Positions 40,122 to 50,698 of a stretch of 64,000 bases of DNA are shown piece by piece (within the stretch, counting starts at the first letter, position 1; each line of letters begins with the position of its first letter). The DNA is from Candidatus Poribacteria bacterium (GTDB taxonomy: Bacteria; Poribacteria; WGA-4E; WGA-3G), in assembly GCA_963665235.2 (NCBI GenBank), contig CAXXLX010000001.1:928001-992000 (forward strand), given 5' to 3'. The translations under genes and the position numbers were made by a program. The notes beneath the pieces were generated by a model that ran no database searches, was not told the DNA's origin, and was given only the letters and a program-made list of their open reading frames with translations.

Positions 40122-40820
40122 ATGGAACTTTTTGGCATCTGGATTGCCGCATTTCTAACACTATGTATTTATAGTTTTCTTTATCGGGACAATCCGTTTT
40201 ATCGGTTCGCAGAATATCTGTTTGTCGGCATGTCAGTCGGATACGGTATCGTACTTCAATATCATCAAGGGTTTATACCGTTCGCATGGGAACCTTTTTC
40301 GGATGCAGTAACAGGGGGTTCGTGGACAGGTTGGATAAAGTTGATTCCGATTGGGGTTGGTTTGTTATTTTTCTCTGGGTTATCACCCCGACATACTTGG
40401 CTGATTCGGTTTCCGAGTGCAATTCTTATCGGTGTAGGGTGTGGGCTCGCTATTCCGAATGTTCTACGCGCCAATATTTTTGAGCAAACACGTGGCACAG
40501 TGGAACCCTTTTCAGAAATTCATAATCAAGTTACAGGGCAAGTTCCAGCGATTGAAGTAATGTCTTCTGGAGAATTGACTTTTTTCATTATCGGGGCGGT
40601 CCTTATGGTAATTGGTGTGATTTGCACACTTACCTATTTTTTCTTTTCGGTGGAGCATAGAGGCCCGGTCAAATGGGTATCAAAGGTCGGTATTGCCTTT
40701 CTCATGATAGGTTTCGGTTCAGCGTTCGGTAACACCGTCATGGGGCGTGTGGCACTACTGATTCAGCGCGTTGATTTTCTACTAAACGATTGGCTCGGTT
40801 CCATTAGCGCACTTTTCTGA
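40122..40820 (+). CDS. Uncharacterised multi-pass membrane protein
   Basis: YSFLYRDNPFYRFAE; LMIGFGSAFGNTVMGR. Confidence 0.8.
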   Translation: MELFGIWIAAFLTLCIYSFLYRDNPFYRFAEYLFVGMSVGYGIVLQYHQGFIPFAWEPFSDAVTGGSWTGWIKLIPIGVGLLFFSGLSPRHTWLIRFPSAILIGVGCGLAIPNVLRANIFEQTRGTVEPFSEIHNQVTGQVPAIEVMSSGELTFFIIGAVLMVIGVICTLTYFFFSVEHRGPVKWVSKVGIAFLMIGFGSAFGNTVMGRVALLIQRVDFLLNDWLGSISALF

Positions 40821-40845
40821 CGTTCCTAAAAACGCGCACAGTGAG

Positions 40846-41868
40846 GTGACAGATATGACACCTGAAAACAGCACGAAAAAAGTTGAGGAGACAGCACACG
40901 CCTACGCGACCGACCCCACGTTTGTCCTCGTAGAGAGGGCGATAGCCGAGGCAGATATGCTACAGAAGGCAGGGAAAATTGCCGAAGCCGTTGAGAAATG
41001 GCGTGCAATCGCAAACATCACCGAAGGAACAGACAACGCACTCGCCGCAGACGCATGGGTCAATGTAGGGAATCTGCTGACAGCGCGCAATAACGACGAG
41101 ACAGCACTTGATGCCTACGACAACGCTATACGGTTGAATCCAGCACATGCAGAAGCATATCTCTATCGCGGAAAGGTCAAAAACGCATTGGAATGTTATG
41201 AAGCTGCACTCTCGGACCTCGATGAAGCCCTCCAGCTACAGCGGGACTGTAAGGTAGAAGCGATTTCCCAATTGCGAGCAGAAATCCACACTGCCCGGGG
41301 GGTAGCAAAATTCGGGCTCGGTGAACACAACGCCGCATTCGCTGAACACACAACAGCACTTCGTCTAAATCCGAACTGTGCAGAGGCATACTACAACCGG
41401 GGGATTGCGAAGATGAAGCTAGGCGAATATGAAACTGTTATTACGGAACTTGACGCGGCACTCCGTATCAACCCAGATATGGCGGAAGCCTATCACTATC
41501 GGGGTTACGTGAAATTCTTCATGAGTCAATTTAAGGAGGCTCTTTCGGATTATGACCATGCGATTCGCCTTGCACCGTGGCAGGGAGCTAGCTACACCAA
41601 CCGGGGGCTTGTGAAATATTCGTTAGGACAGCGTGAGGAGGCACTCGCTGACTATGAAGAAGCAATTCGTGTAGCCCCAACGTTCGCGCACGGTTACACG
41701 TATCGGGCAGAGATGAAAATCCGCCAAAATCGCGATGCAGAAGCAAGAGCAGACTTGGAAATTGCCTTGAAACTTGCGCGTGCCGCCGGCGATGAAATCC
41801 ACCAAGTTTACGTTGAAACCTCAATTAAAGAACTTGACGAATCAGAGGAAACAACAACTTATGCCTGA
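40846..41868 (+). CDS. TPR-repeat protein (paralog 1)
   Basis: Repeated AY.NRG..K..LG...A..D...A.RL.P. Confidence 0.9.
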   Translation: MTDMTPENSTKKVEETAHAYATDPTFVLVERAIAEADMLQKAGKIAEAVEKWRAIANITEGTDNALAADAWVNVGNLLTARNNDETALDAYDNAIRLNPAHAEAYLYRGKVKNALECYEAALSDLDEALQLQRDCKVEAISQLRAEIHTARGVAKFGLGEHNAAFAEHTTALRLNPNCAEAYYNRGIAKMKLGEYETVITELDAALRINPDMAEAYHYRGYVKFFMSQFKEALSDYDHAIRLAPWQGASYTNRGLVKYSLGQREEALADYEEAIRVAPTFAHGYTYRAEMKIRQNRDAEARADLEIALKLARAAGDEIHQVYVETSIKELDESEETTTYA

Positions 41869-42364
41869 ACTTTCTGGATTCCAGCGGGTCAAACCGCGCA
41901 CAATCTGGCCACATGAAGCACAAGATTTCACACCCTGGATAGCGGGGAACATACCCCTCCTTGCCAGGGTGCTGAACATGGAATTGGAATTTGAAGCAAA
42001 AGAGAAAGATGTTGAGGGGTTCCGAGCTGACCTAGTGTGTCGTAACAAAGCGGACAACTCACGCGTTGTTATTGAAAACCAATTGGAGAAATCCGATCAT
42101 TCACACCTTGGTCAGGTCCTCACATACGCGGCTGGGCTACAAGCAATTACCCTCGTCTGGATTACGACAGAATTTCGTAATCCACATCGCGTAACGCTGG
42201 ATTGGCATAACGAAATAACGGATGCACGGTTTAAGTTCTTCGGTATAGAGCTGCGCACATGGCAATATGGTACAGCAAATTACTTTGCGGAGTTCGCTAT
42301 TGTCTCCAAACTACAGAATTGGACACTTTTAGAAGATTCGTTCCTGTACCGTATCCAAATTTAA
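41861..42364 (+). CDS. NucS-like/DUF4268-associated PD-(D/E)xK endonuclease domain
   Basis: WPHEAQDFTPW, ADLVC and VVIENQLEKSDHSHLGQVLTYAAG motifs. Confidence 0.75.
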   Translation: MPELSGFQRVKPRTIWPHEAQDFTPWIAGNIPLLARVLNMELEFEAKEKDVEGFRADLVCRNKADNSRVVIENQLEKSDHSHLGQVLTYAAGLQAITLVWITTEFRNPHRVTLDWHNEITDARFKFFGIELRTWQYGTANYFAEFAIVSKLQNWTLLEDSFLYRIQI

Positions 42365-42459
42365 ACATCCCTGGCTAAAGCTCAGATGCAGAAATCGGAA
42401 AGTAGTCAACAAATATAGGAAGGGGTAGGGGTATATCATGAAAATTACCAAGGTGAATT

Positions 42460-43467
42460 ATGTCACATGAAAACAGCACACCAAAAGCTGAGGAGACAGC
42501 ACACGCCTACGCAACCGACCCCACGTTTGTCCTCGTAGAGAGGGCGATAGCCGAGGCAGATATGCTGCAGAAAACGGGAAAAATTGCCGAAGCCGTTGAG
42601 AAATGGCGTGCAATCGCAAACATCACCGAAGGAACAGACAACGCACTCGCCGCAGACGCATGGGTCAACGCAGGACACCTTACAGTCCAGCTTGCAAGCA
42701 CGTATTGTAAGTTAGGGCATGGTAAAATCAAGGAGGCTATTGCCGCTTATGACAACGCAATACGGTTGGACCCAGAGCATGCAGAAGCCTATCTCCATCG
42801 AGGCAAAGCCAAAAATACCCTCGAACACTATGACGCTGCCCTCTCGGACCTCGATGAAGCCCTTCGGCTAAACCCGAATTGTGCCGAAGTCTATACCGCC
42901 CGGGGAGTTGCAAAATTCGGACTTGGCAAACACGAAGCCGCCTTTGCAGATTATGCAGCAGCACTTCGTCTAAATCCAAATTGTGCTGAAACCCACTACA
43001 ATCGGGGCATCGCGAAGATGAAACAGGGCGAATATGAATATGCTGTTGCTGAGTTTGACAAGGCACTTCGGATCAATCCAGATATGGCGGCAGCTTATCA
43101 CGGACTCGGATATGTGAAGTTCTACCTCGGACAATTCAAAGCAGCGATTGCTGACTACGCACGGGCAATCCATCTCGAGCCCAAGTGGGGTTCTAGTTAC
43201 ACCGCTCGAGGGCATTTGAAATATTCATTAGGACAACGTGAGGAGGCACTCGCTGACTATGAAGAAGCAATTCGAGTGGAACCTGAATTCGCCCACGGTT
43301 ATAGCTATAGAGCAGGCATGAAACTTCGCCAAGGCCGCGATGAAGAAGCGATAGCGGATTTGGAAACTGCTCTAAAATTGGCACAGGCAGCAGGGGATAC
43401 GCAACACCAAGCCTACGTTGAATCTTGGATTGAAGAATTGGACGAATCGAGAGGAGAAACCACATGA
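42460..43467 (+). CDS. TPR-repeat protein (paralog 2)
   Basis: About 190 bp near the 5' end are near-identical to paralog 1; TPR repeats. Confidence 0.9.
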   Translation: MSHENSTPKAEETAHAYATDPTFVLVERAIAEADMLQKTGKIAEAVEKWRAIANITEGTDNALAADAWVNAGHLTVQLASTYCKLGHGKIKEAIAAYDNAIRLDPEHAEAYLHRGKAKNTLEHYDAALSDLDEALRLNPNCAEVYTARGVAKFGLGKHEAAFADYAAALRLNPNCAETHYNRGIAKMKQGEYEYAVAEFDKALRINPDMAAAYHGLGYVKFYLGQFKAAIADYARAIHLEPKWGSSYTARGHLKYSLGQREEALADYEEAIRVEPEFAHGYSYRAGMKLRQGRDEEAIADLETALKLAQAAGDTQHQAYVESWIEELDESRGETT

Positions 43468-44306
43468 AACTCGGCTATAGCACATGGGGAATGCCCACTG
43501 TTCCAGTAGACACCGCTATTTCCCATATCGCCAACCTCGGATTTGATGGTATCGAGCTGACTATCATCCAACGTTTTACGACCGAACTGAGCACACTCCA
43601 TGCAGCAGAGCGGAAACGGATTGCTGCTTTGCTGAAACAGCACAACTTAGCTTTACCAGCAATTGCCGCACATTCCAATCTGATGGATGTTGACGCAGAG
43701 TCCCATGCTAGAAATATGTGGCGACTCAAAGGCGGCGTTGACCTAGCAGTTGAACTTGCACAGGGGGACGAGCTCCCCGCAGTTAATACAACCCCCGGCG
43801 GAAAACCGGAGGAGTGGAACACAAAGAAAGACTTCCTCGTTGAACGGGTCGGCGCACTAGTTGATTATGCAGCTTCACGGGGGGTCACGATAGCGATGGA
43901 GCCACACATCGGCGCAATTATCGATACACCCGCCAAGGTGCTTGAACTTCTGGAAATTGTTAACTCGCCGTATCTCAAAGTCAACTTTGACATCAGTCAT
44001 TTCGACATTGTCGGCATGCCAACGGAGGAGACGGTGTCCGCGTTAGCTGCGGTCTCGGCACATACACATGTCAAAGACCAACGCGGTATTGCCCCAGATT
44101 TTGAATTCCTTATCCCCGGCGAAGGCACTTTCGACTATGTCGATTATCTTAAAAGGATGCAAGCACACGGATATGATGGTTTTATCACAGCCGAAGTCAG
44201 TTTTATGGTGCAGGCGCGCGAAAACTATGATCCGCTTGCTGCTGCTACGTTGTCATATCAAACATTGTCTAAAGCGTTCGTTGATGCCGGACTTGAACGA
44301 AATTGA
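43464..44306 (+). CDS. Sugar phosphate isomerase/epimerase (AP endonuclease 2 TIM barrel)
   Basis: GFDGIEL, MEPH, FDISH, HVKD and PGEG motifs. Confidence 0.88.
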   Translation: MKLGYSTWGMPTVPVDTAISHIANLGFDGIELTIIQRFTTELSTLHAAERKRIAALLKQHNLALPAIAAHSNLMDVDAESHARNMWRLKGGVDLAVELAQGDELPAVNTTPGGKPEEWNTKKDFLVERVGALVDYAASRGVTIAMEPHIGAIIDTPAKVLELLEIVNSPYLKVNFDISHFDIVGMPTEETVSALAAVSAHTHVKDQRGIAPDFEFLIPGEGTFDYVDYLKRMQAHGYDGFITAEVSFMVQARENYDPLAAATLSYQTLSKAFVDAGLERN

Positions 44307-44327
44307 CCAGTTATATATGGAGCGGCT

Positions 44328-45704
44328 ATGAAACCTAACATTCTTCTTCTCATGACAGACCAGCAGCGGTGGGATGCAATGGGCTGCAGCGGTGGATGGG
44401 TACAAACCCCCAACCTGGATAAAATTGCAAGTGAAGGGGTCCGATTTACCAACTGCGTCACGACCTCCCCCGTTTGTATTCCGACGCGTCTTAGTTTAGC
44501 AACAGGACTTTACCCACACAACACCGGTGTTTGGAACAATATGCGGCATACAATGTCCGCAGAAACACCGACCTGGATGCAAGCAGTACGTAACGCCGGA
44601 TATCGCACCAGCCTTTTCGGTAAAACGCACCTCCACCCGCACAACGGAGACTTACGCGAACGTGAAGACCTGATGCACGCCTACGGATTAGACGATGTGA
44701 ACGAAATCGGCGGACCGCGGGCGAGCGCGAATGTGCTATCTCACATGACAGCACTGTGGGAAGAAAAAGGATTGTGGAAAGCATACCGCGCCGATTATCG
44801 CGAACGATTCAGCACAAAACCTTACCTCGTCCGTCCCTCTGTCCTTGAGCTCGAAGACTACGCCGATGTCTACGTCGGACAGCAAGCGAAGCAATATCTT
44901 CAAAATTATGACCGACATGAACCGTGGTGCTGCTGGGTCAGTTTCGGTGGCCCTCATGAACCGTGGGATACACCTGAACCCTACGCCAGCATGTACGACC
45001 CGAACGATATGCCGCCGCCAATACCGCGTCCCGCTTCAGGTGAACGTCCCCGCGGAAATTTGGATAGTATGATGGAACGCATGAATCCCAAATTTGAAGC
45101 GGGGGAGGTCGGAAGATTACGCGCCGACTATGCAGGGAACGTCACGCTTATTGATGCACAGATTGGTGAAATCCTTGATGCAATTCAGGAACGCGGTGAA
45201 CTAGAGAATACCGTTATCGTTCACTGCTCCGACCACGGTGAAATGAATGGCGATTACGGATTGATTTACAAAAGCAATTTCCTCAACGGTGCCGTCCGTG
45301 TCCCGCTATTAGTGCGAACGCCAGAGACGGCAAAAAACCCCCACGCTGCAAACGTGTCTGAAACCCCCGTGGAGTGGATTGATATCGGGCCCACACTCGT
45401 TCAATTGGCAGGCGGTGAGTTGAAACATCGCCAATTCGGTAAATCGTTGTGTCCCGTTCTTGATGATACCGAAGCAACACATCGTGAATTTGCGATTTCT
45501 GAAATATCGGGTGAAATTATGTTGCTGAATCAGGAGTGGAAAATTGCGCTAAACGCTGATGGATTGCCCTATCTCCTATTTAATGTGCAAAACGACCCCG
45601 ATGAAACAAACAATCTTGCGGGGTTACCCGAAATGAAGGAATTAGAGACACAGCTACGGTTGCAAATTTTAGAACACCTGTTTCAAACTCAGACCAAAAA
45701 ATAG
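44328..45704 (+). CDS. Sulfatase (FGly-dependent)
   Basis: PNIL..TDQQR, CIPTR (CxPxR), GKTH and SDHG motifs. Confidence 0.93.
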   Translation: MKPNILLLMTDQQRWDAMGCSGGWVQTPNLDKIASEGVRFTNCVTTSPVCIPTRLSLATGLYPHNTGVWNNMRHTMSAETPTWMQAVRNAGYRTSLFGKTHLHPHNGDLREREDLMHAYGLDDVNEIGGPRASANVLSHMTALWEEKGLWKAYRADYRERFSTKPYLVRPSVLELEDYADVYVGQQAKQYLQNYDRHEPWCCWVSFGGPHEPWDTPEPYASMYDPNDMPPPIPRPASGERPRGNLDSMMERMNPKFEAGEVGRLRADYAGNVTLIDAQIGEILDAIQERGELENTVIVHCSDHGEMNGDYGLIYKSNFLNGAVRVPLLVRTPETAKNPHAANVSETPVEWIDIGPTLVQLAGGELKHRQFGKSLCPVLDDTEATHREFAISEISGEIMLLNQEWKIALNADGLPYLLFNVQNDPDETNNLAGLPEMKELETQLRLQILEHLFQTQTKK

Positions 45705-45799
45705 TCCATTCTTGCCCCATTTCGTGCAGAATGCTATAAAATCCGCCCCATTTCGTGCAAGATACCAAAATGCCATCCTACAACGTTGGGTGAATGTGC

Positions 45800-48034
45800 T
45801 CATTCACGCAACTGTCCAAGAATAGGCGGTTTGCGCTGTTTTTTCTGAATATCGGAAGCGGAATTGACTGCGGGCACTTCGGGCTGCCCATAAATTTCAA
45901 CGTAATTGTCATAGCTATTGATTACCTTTTTGATATGCAGCCGGGTCTCCCGGATAGTAATTTTTTCAACAAACTCGTCAATATCCTTGATATTTTTTGA
46001 CGAGACCCACCGCTTCATCCGTCCAGGGCCGCCGTTGTAGGCACCGGTCACCAACATTGCGTCACTATCAAAGAGTGAGTTGAGGTAGCGAATGTACTTC
46101 ACACCCATCTGAATGTTAATTTCGGGGTTTTTAAGCATCGTAGTACGGAATCGGCGGATTTTGAGTTGCCGTGCAAGTTCTCTGCCGGTTGCTGGCATAA
46201 TCTGCATCAACCCAATTGCCCCCGCCCAGCTGATTGCATCTGCGCGATAGCGGCTCTCCTCCAAAATCATGGCGAAAATTAAGAAGGCATCTACCTGATA
46301 TAACTTCGCGTACTTCTCAATTAGGGATGCGTAGTGACGTGGATAGAGCAACTGCTGAAGCTTCTCCGCCTCTGTTCGCGTCTGATTTTCAAAAGCTGGG
46401 CTAGCGAGTGCTTTTTCGACAACCTCTCGCGCTTTATCGTACTGCGCCAACCGTTCATAACAGGAAATCAAGGCATAGAAACACGCCTGTGATGTTTTCG
46501 GGGCTGCCTGGATGTGATGGGTTAATTGGTAAATAGCATCCTCATAAAGACTGAGCTTCATCAACATTTCAACCTGCTCTGGGCACGCTGTACGCGGTGG
46601 CAATTGTGTATTCGGTATGGCACGCGGTTCCAATTCGGAGGGGGAAATGCCTAAAAGTGCCTTGGCTCTTGCGCTGTAATACCAGTAGCCTGCCCTCGCG
46701 ACTTCGGTGTATAACGCTTGTGCAAGTATAGGTTTGTTTTGCCGTTCCCGAATTTTTGCCATCCAGAAATGCGCGCCCATCGCATAGCGGTTTCCGGGGA
46801 AGTTTTCCTTTATCCCTTTAAAAAACTGGTAGCTTTCCTCGTAACGTTTTTCGTCAAAACGTTGCCATGCAATGCGCCAAGCTGCCCAATCCGCATATTC
46901 GCTTTTCGGTGCTGCCGCAATTAACCGCTCATACACCTTCATTGCCAATTCGGATTTTTTCTGTTTTTCATGTATCTGTGCTAGGTCATAGAGTGCATCA
47001 TCTACCAATTCGCTCCAGGTATAGGTCTTCACAAAATTTTCCAGTCGGTTTATCGCACTTTGCAAGCTGCCTTTCTGTTTATAGCATTGTGCAATTTGGT
47101 AGTAGGCACGTGTGAGATATTGTGTTTTATCACCGAGCGCGATAACGGCATTATACTTTTTGAGCGCGCTATTATACCATTTTTGACCTTGATGACACTT
47201 CCCCAGAAAGTAGAGGGCGCGTCCTCGCAATTTCAGGTTAGAGCTATAGGTAAGCGGTGTAAATTCGGATATAGCGGCCTTCCATTTTCCATGATGAAAA
47301 AACACCAACCCACAATTTACGCGGTCGATTTGGGTTAGCATCAGAGCCATATCCTGTCTCGCGAGCAATTTGAGTCGACCTAATGTCTTCTCAGCAACGG
47401 CATCGGAATGCCTGTCCGTAAGAAGTTGTTGATAGGCACGGTAAGCGTCTGTAACGTTTTCGAGTTCTTCATTGCAACGTGCTAAAGCGTACGTTGCCTT
47501 TCTAGCATAACGCGTATTTTCGACGAGTGTCGTTAGGAGCGGTTTTGCCGCTTCATATTTTTCCTGTTTTAGATAAAGTTGTGCCAAAGCCCATTTCGCT
47601 TCGGTGTGATAAAAGCTACTCGGGTAATCCTTGACGAGCTGTGAATACTCCTTTATTGCCCGTGTGTCGTTCTTCATATCTTCATAAAGTCGTGCAAGCC
47701 GGTAGATGGCACAATCCGCAAGCGGATAACTGAGAAAGGCGACCCGTGTATAATGACGCACCGCTTCCGAGCGATTGTTCAGTTTTTCATAGCAATACCC
47801 TAGCACATGATGAATTTCCCGTTTCTCCGGCTCAGATAACTCAGGACTTAGGAGTGCTTTCAGTTTTGAAACAGCAAGCCGGTGGTTACCTTTATCGACA
47901 AGTGCTAAAGCACTCTCTAGGTCATCGGCAGAAACCGGCATGCCCACCATCAAGCAACTGTAAACTAGTATTAGCAAAACCAACACGGACTTCCGCCATA
48001 TTAAAATTGTTCGCATTCTGGCAAAAAACTGCAT
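45800..48034 (-). CDS. TPR-containing soluble lytic transglycosylase (SLT)
   Basis: EESRY..AIS.AGAIGLMQIMPAT, AYNGGPG and ETR..KKV motifs; TPRs. Confidence 0.9.
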   Translation of the reverse strand: MQFFARMRTILIWRKSVLVLLILVYSCLMVGMPVSADDLESALALVDKGNHRLAVSKLKALLSPELSEPEKREIHHVLGYCYEKLNNRSEAVRHYTRVAFLSYPLADCAIYRLARLYEDMKNDTRAIKEYSQLVKDYPSSFYHTEAKWALAQLYLKQEKYEAAKPLLTTLVENTRYARKATYALARCNEELENVTDAYRAYQQLLTDRHSDAVAEKTLGRLKLLARQDMALMLTQIDRVNCGLVFFHHGKWKAAISEFTPLTYSSNLKLRGRALYFLGKCHQGQKWYNSALKKYNAVIALGDKTQYLTRAYYQIAQCYKQKGSLQSAINRLENFVKTYTWSELVDDALYDLAQIHEKQKKSELAMKVYERLIAAAPKSEYADWAAWRIAWQRFDEKRYEESYQFFKGIKENFPGNRYAMGAHFWMAKIRERQNKPILAQALYTEVARAGYWYYSARAKALLGISPSELEPRAIPNTQLPPRTACPEQVEMLMKLSLYEDAIYQLTHHIQAAPKTSQACFYALISCYERLAQYDKAREVVEKALASPAFENQTRTEAEKLQQLLYPRHYASLIEKYAKLYQVDAFLIFAMILEESRYRADAISWAGAIGLMQIMPATGRELARQLKIRRFRTTMLKNPEINIQMGVKYIRYLNSLFDSDAMLVTGAYNGGPGRMKRWVSSKNIKDIDEFVEKITIRETRLHIKKVINSYDNYVEIYGQPEVPAVNSASDIQKKQRKPPILGQLRE

Positions 48035-48052
48035 ATCTTTATTCCTACTGTT

Positions 48053-48167
48053 CAGGACTTACGCAAATTTAGCAGACCCCTTGTAGGGGCGGGGTCCCCC
48101 CGCCCGCTAGGTTTCCCCCTATGCTCCCACTATCATAAGGGTTTATCAACGCGCTGCGTCCGTCCTG
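48053..48167. mobile_element. 115-bp MITE (CAGGACTTACGCA TIR, 5-bp TSD CTGTT) with internal GTAG hairpin
   Basis: TSD at 48048-48052 and 48168-48172; homologous to 62427-62541. Confidence 0.82.
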
Positions 48168-48349
48168 CTGTTTTTAAGTTCTCCAAACATGTTTGTTAGT
48201 TCAATTGAATAGAATAACCTACGTAGTTTTAATTATAACGTCATTTAAAGGCAAAAGACAACAAAAAAGAGAATTATTTCCAAAATTTGTGAAATTATGC
48301 TATACTTAATAGTAGAGATTCATAACTGAACTTGAAAGGAGCAGAAATT

Positions 48350-49123
48350 ATGGAAATTGTAGCACTTGGAAAAACAGGATTAGAGGTTTCACGCCTCTCA
48401 ATTGGCACCGGGTCAAACGGGTGGAACGGACGCTCAAATCAAACCGATTTAGGATTTGAAGGATTACGCGACCTGCTGCTGTTCTCACATGAAAAAGGCG
48501 TGACGTTTTGGGATTCCGCAGACCAGTACGGAAGCCATCCGCATGTGAAAGAAGCCCTCAAACATGTGCCTCGGAGCAGTGTCACCATTACAACAAAGAC
48601 GGTATCGCGCACACGTGAAACTGTTGAGGCGGATGTAAAACGGTTTCTCAAAGAAATCGGCTCTGACTATGTGGATATTGTCCTGCTTCACTGCCTCACA
48701 CAGATAGACTGGCCACAACGGTATCCGGATGCAATGGAAGCCCTTGTTCGTTGTAAGGAGCAGGGCCTGATCCGAGCACACGGTGTATCCTGCCACGACT
48801 ACGGCGCATTCCAGACATCCGCCATGACTGAATGGGTGGAGGTTGTACTGGCACGGATTAATTACGCCGGCGTTCAGATGGACGCATCCCCTGCCGATGT
48901 TATCCGAACGATGGAACAGATGGCGTTTGTCGGCAAAGGCATTTACGGCATGAAGGTCCTCGGCATGGGAAAATTGGCGAAAGATGCAGAGAGCCAACGC
49001 GAAGCAATTGAATTTGTGATGGGACTCCCCTGTGTTCACGCCATGACTATCGGCATGACCTCTCAGGCTGAAGTGGAGGCAAATGTAGCTGTTGTTAACG
49101 AATTATCGGAGGACACTGCGTAA
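48350..49123 (+). CDS. Aldo/keto reductase
   Basis: LGKTGLEVS, DSADQYG, DYVDIVLLH and GLIRAHGVS motifs. Confidence 0.9.
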   Translation: MEIVALGKTGLEVSRLSIGTGSNGWNGRSNQTDLGFEGLRDLLLFSHEKGVTFWDSADQYGSHPHVKEALKHVPRSSVTITTKTVSRTRETVEADVKRFLKEIGSDYVDIVLLHCLTQIDWPQRYPDAMEALVRCKEQGLIRAHGVSCHDYGAFQTSAMTEWVEVVLARINYAGVQMDASPADVIRTMEQMAFVGKGIYGMKVLGMGKLAKDAESQREAIEFVMGLPCVHAMTIGMTSQAEVEANVAVVNELSEDTA

Positions 49124-49208
49124 CCTTTGTTATTGTTGTTTACTAGTAAGCGGGTTGCCCCGCTTTGGGGCAACTCACACCGTTTCGCGAATACGAGAGT
49201 GAAAATTC

Positions 49209-50654
49209 ATGGAAAAATATGAAATAGTTATCGGTTTAGAAATCCACGCGGAGTTATGCACAGAGAGCAAATTATTTTGCAACTGTGCTTATACCTTTGG
49301 TGCCTCGGCAAACGACTGTACCTGCCCAATCTGTTTAGGGATGCCGGGGACGCTGCCCGTTATCAATCACCGCGCGTTGGAGTTCGCCATTCGCGCAGGA
49401 TTGGCGATGGGATGCAACATCACACCACACAGTAAATTCGATCGGAAAAACTATTTCTACCCCGACCTGCCGAAAAATTATCAGATTTCACAATACGACC
49501 TTCCGTTGTGTAGCAATGGAGCCGTAACGTTCGAATTCAATGGGCACCCCCAGACCATCAACCTCCGTAGAATTCATCTCGAAGAGGACGCTGGTAAATC
49601 CATTCACGCTGACGTTACAGGCGACCCAACGCGGAGTTTTATGGATTTCAATCGCGCAGGAGTTCCGCTACTGGAAATTGTCAGCGAACCGGAAATTCAT
49701 TCCCCCCAAGAAGCCATCGCATACTGCCGAGCTGTCAAAGAGATTCTAGAATACATTGAGGTGAGCGATTGCAACATGGAGGAGGGCAGCCTCCGATGTG
49801 AACCGAATATCTCCTTGCGACCCAAAGGCAGTGAAGAATTAGGCACACGCACCGAAATTAAAAATAAAAACTCGTTTCAAGAGCTGCTCGTCGCAATGGA
49901 ATATGAGGTGAAACGGCAGGCACGCATCCTCGACGCGGGCGACAAGGTGGTTCAAGAGACGCTGCTGTTCGATGCAAATACGGGAAAGACCGTCGCAATG
50001 CGTGGAAAAGAGGAAGCGGACGACTATCGCTATTTTCCTGAACCCGATCTGGTTCACGTCCGGATTGATGATGAATGGATTGAGAAAATTCAGCCAACGC
50101 TCCCGGAACTTCCCGCTGACCGCCGCAAACGGTTCATCGCAAAGTACGACATCTCCCCTGAAAACGCTGAATTCTTAACCACCACCCGACAACTCGCTGA
50201 GTTCTTCGAGGAAGCAGCGGAAAAAAGCGGCAAACCGACTGCCTGCGCAAACTGGATTATGGGAGACCTCACACGGCTGCTCAATACCGCCGAAATTGAA
50301 ATTCAGGACGCAAAGGTTACGCCAGCACATCTCCACGAACTCATTCAGTTGATAGACGATGACACCATCAGTGGGAAGATTGCTAAATCTGTGCTGGATG
50401 ACGCATTCGACACCGGTAAGATGCCGAAACAAATCGTTGAAGAAAAGGGCTTAGCCCAGATTACCGACACCTCCGAAATAGAGGCTGTCGTCTTAGAGGT
50501 TATTGCGGAAAACCCTGGGCCCGCTGAGGATTACCGAAACGGCACAAAGAAGGCCATCGGATTTCTTGTCGGGCAGGTGATGCGGAAAACGCAAGGAAAG
50601 GCAAACCCGCAATTGGTAAATCAGCTCTTGACGCAGGAGTTGACGACAGATTGA
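49209..50654 (+). CDS. gatB: Asp-tRNA(Asn)/Glu-tRNA(Gln) amidotransferase subunit B
   Basis: IGLEIH, RKNYFYPDLPKNYQISQ and YRYFPEPDL motifs. Confidence 0.97.
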   Translation: MEKYEIVIGLEIHAELCTESKLFCNCAYTFGASANDCTCPICLGMPGTLPVINHRALEFAIRAGLAMGCNITPHSKFDRKNYFYPDLPKNYQISQYDLPLCSNGAVTFEFNGHPQTINLRRIHLEEDAGKSIHADVTGDPTRSFMDFNRAGVPLLEIVSEPEIHSPQEAIAYCRAVKEILEYIEVSDCNMEEGSLRCEPNISLRPKGSEELGTRTEIKNKNSFQELLVAMEYEVKRQARILDAGDKVVQETLLFDANTGKTVAMRGKEEADDYRYFPEPDLVHVRIDDEWIEKIQPTLPELPADRRKRFIAKYDISPENAEFLTTTRQLAEFFEEAAEKSGKPTACANWIMGDLTRLLNTAEIEIQDAKVTPAHLHELIQLIDDDTISGKIAKSVLDDAFDTGKMPKQIVEEKGLAQITDTSEIEAVVLEVIAENPGPAEDYRNGTKKAIGFLVGQVMRKTQGKANPQLVNQLLTQELTTD

Positions 50655-50698
50655 GGCACTCTAACAAACTCAGTTTATAGCTCGGATAAGGAGAGTTT

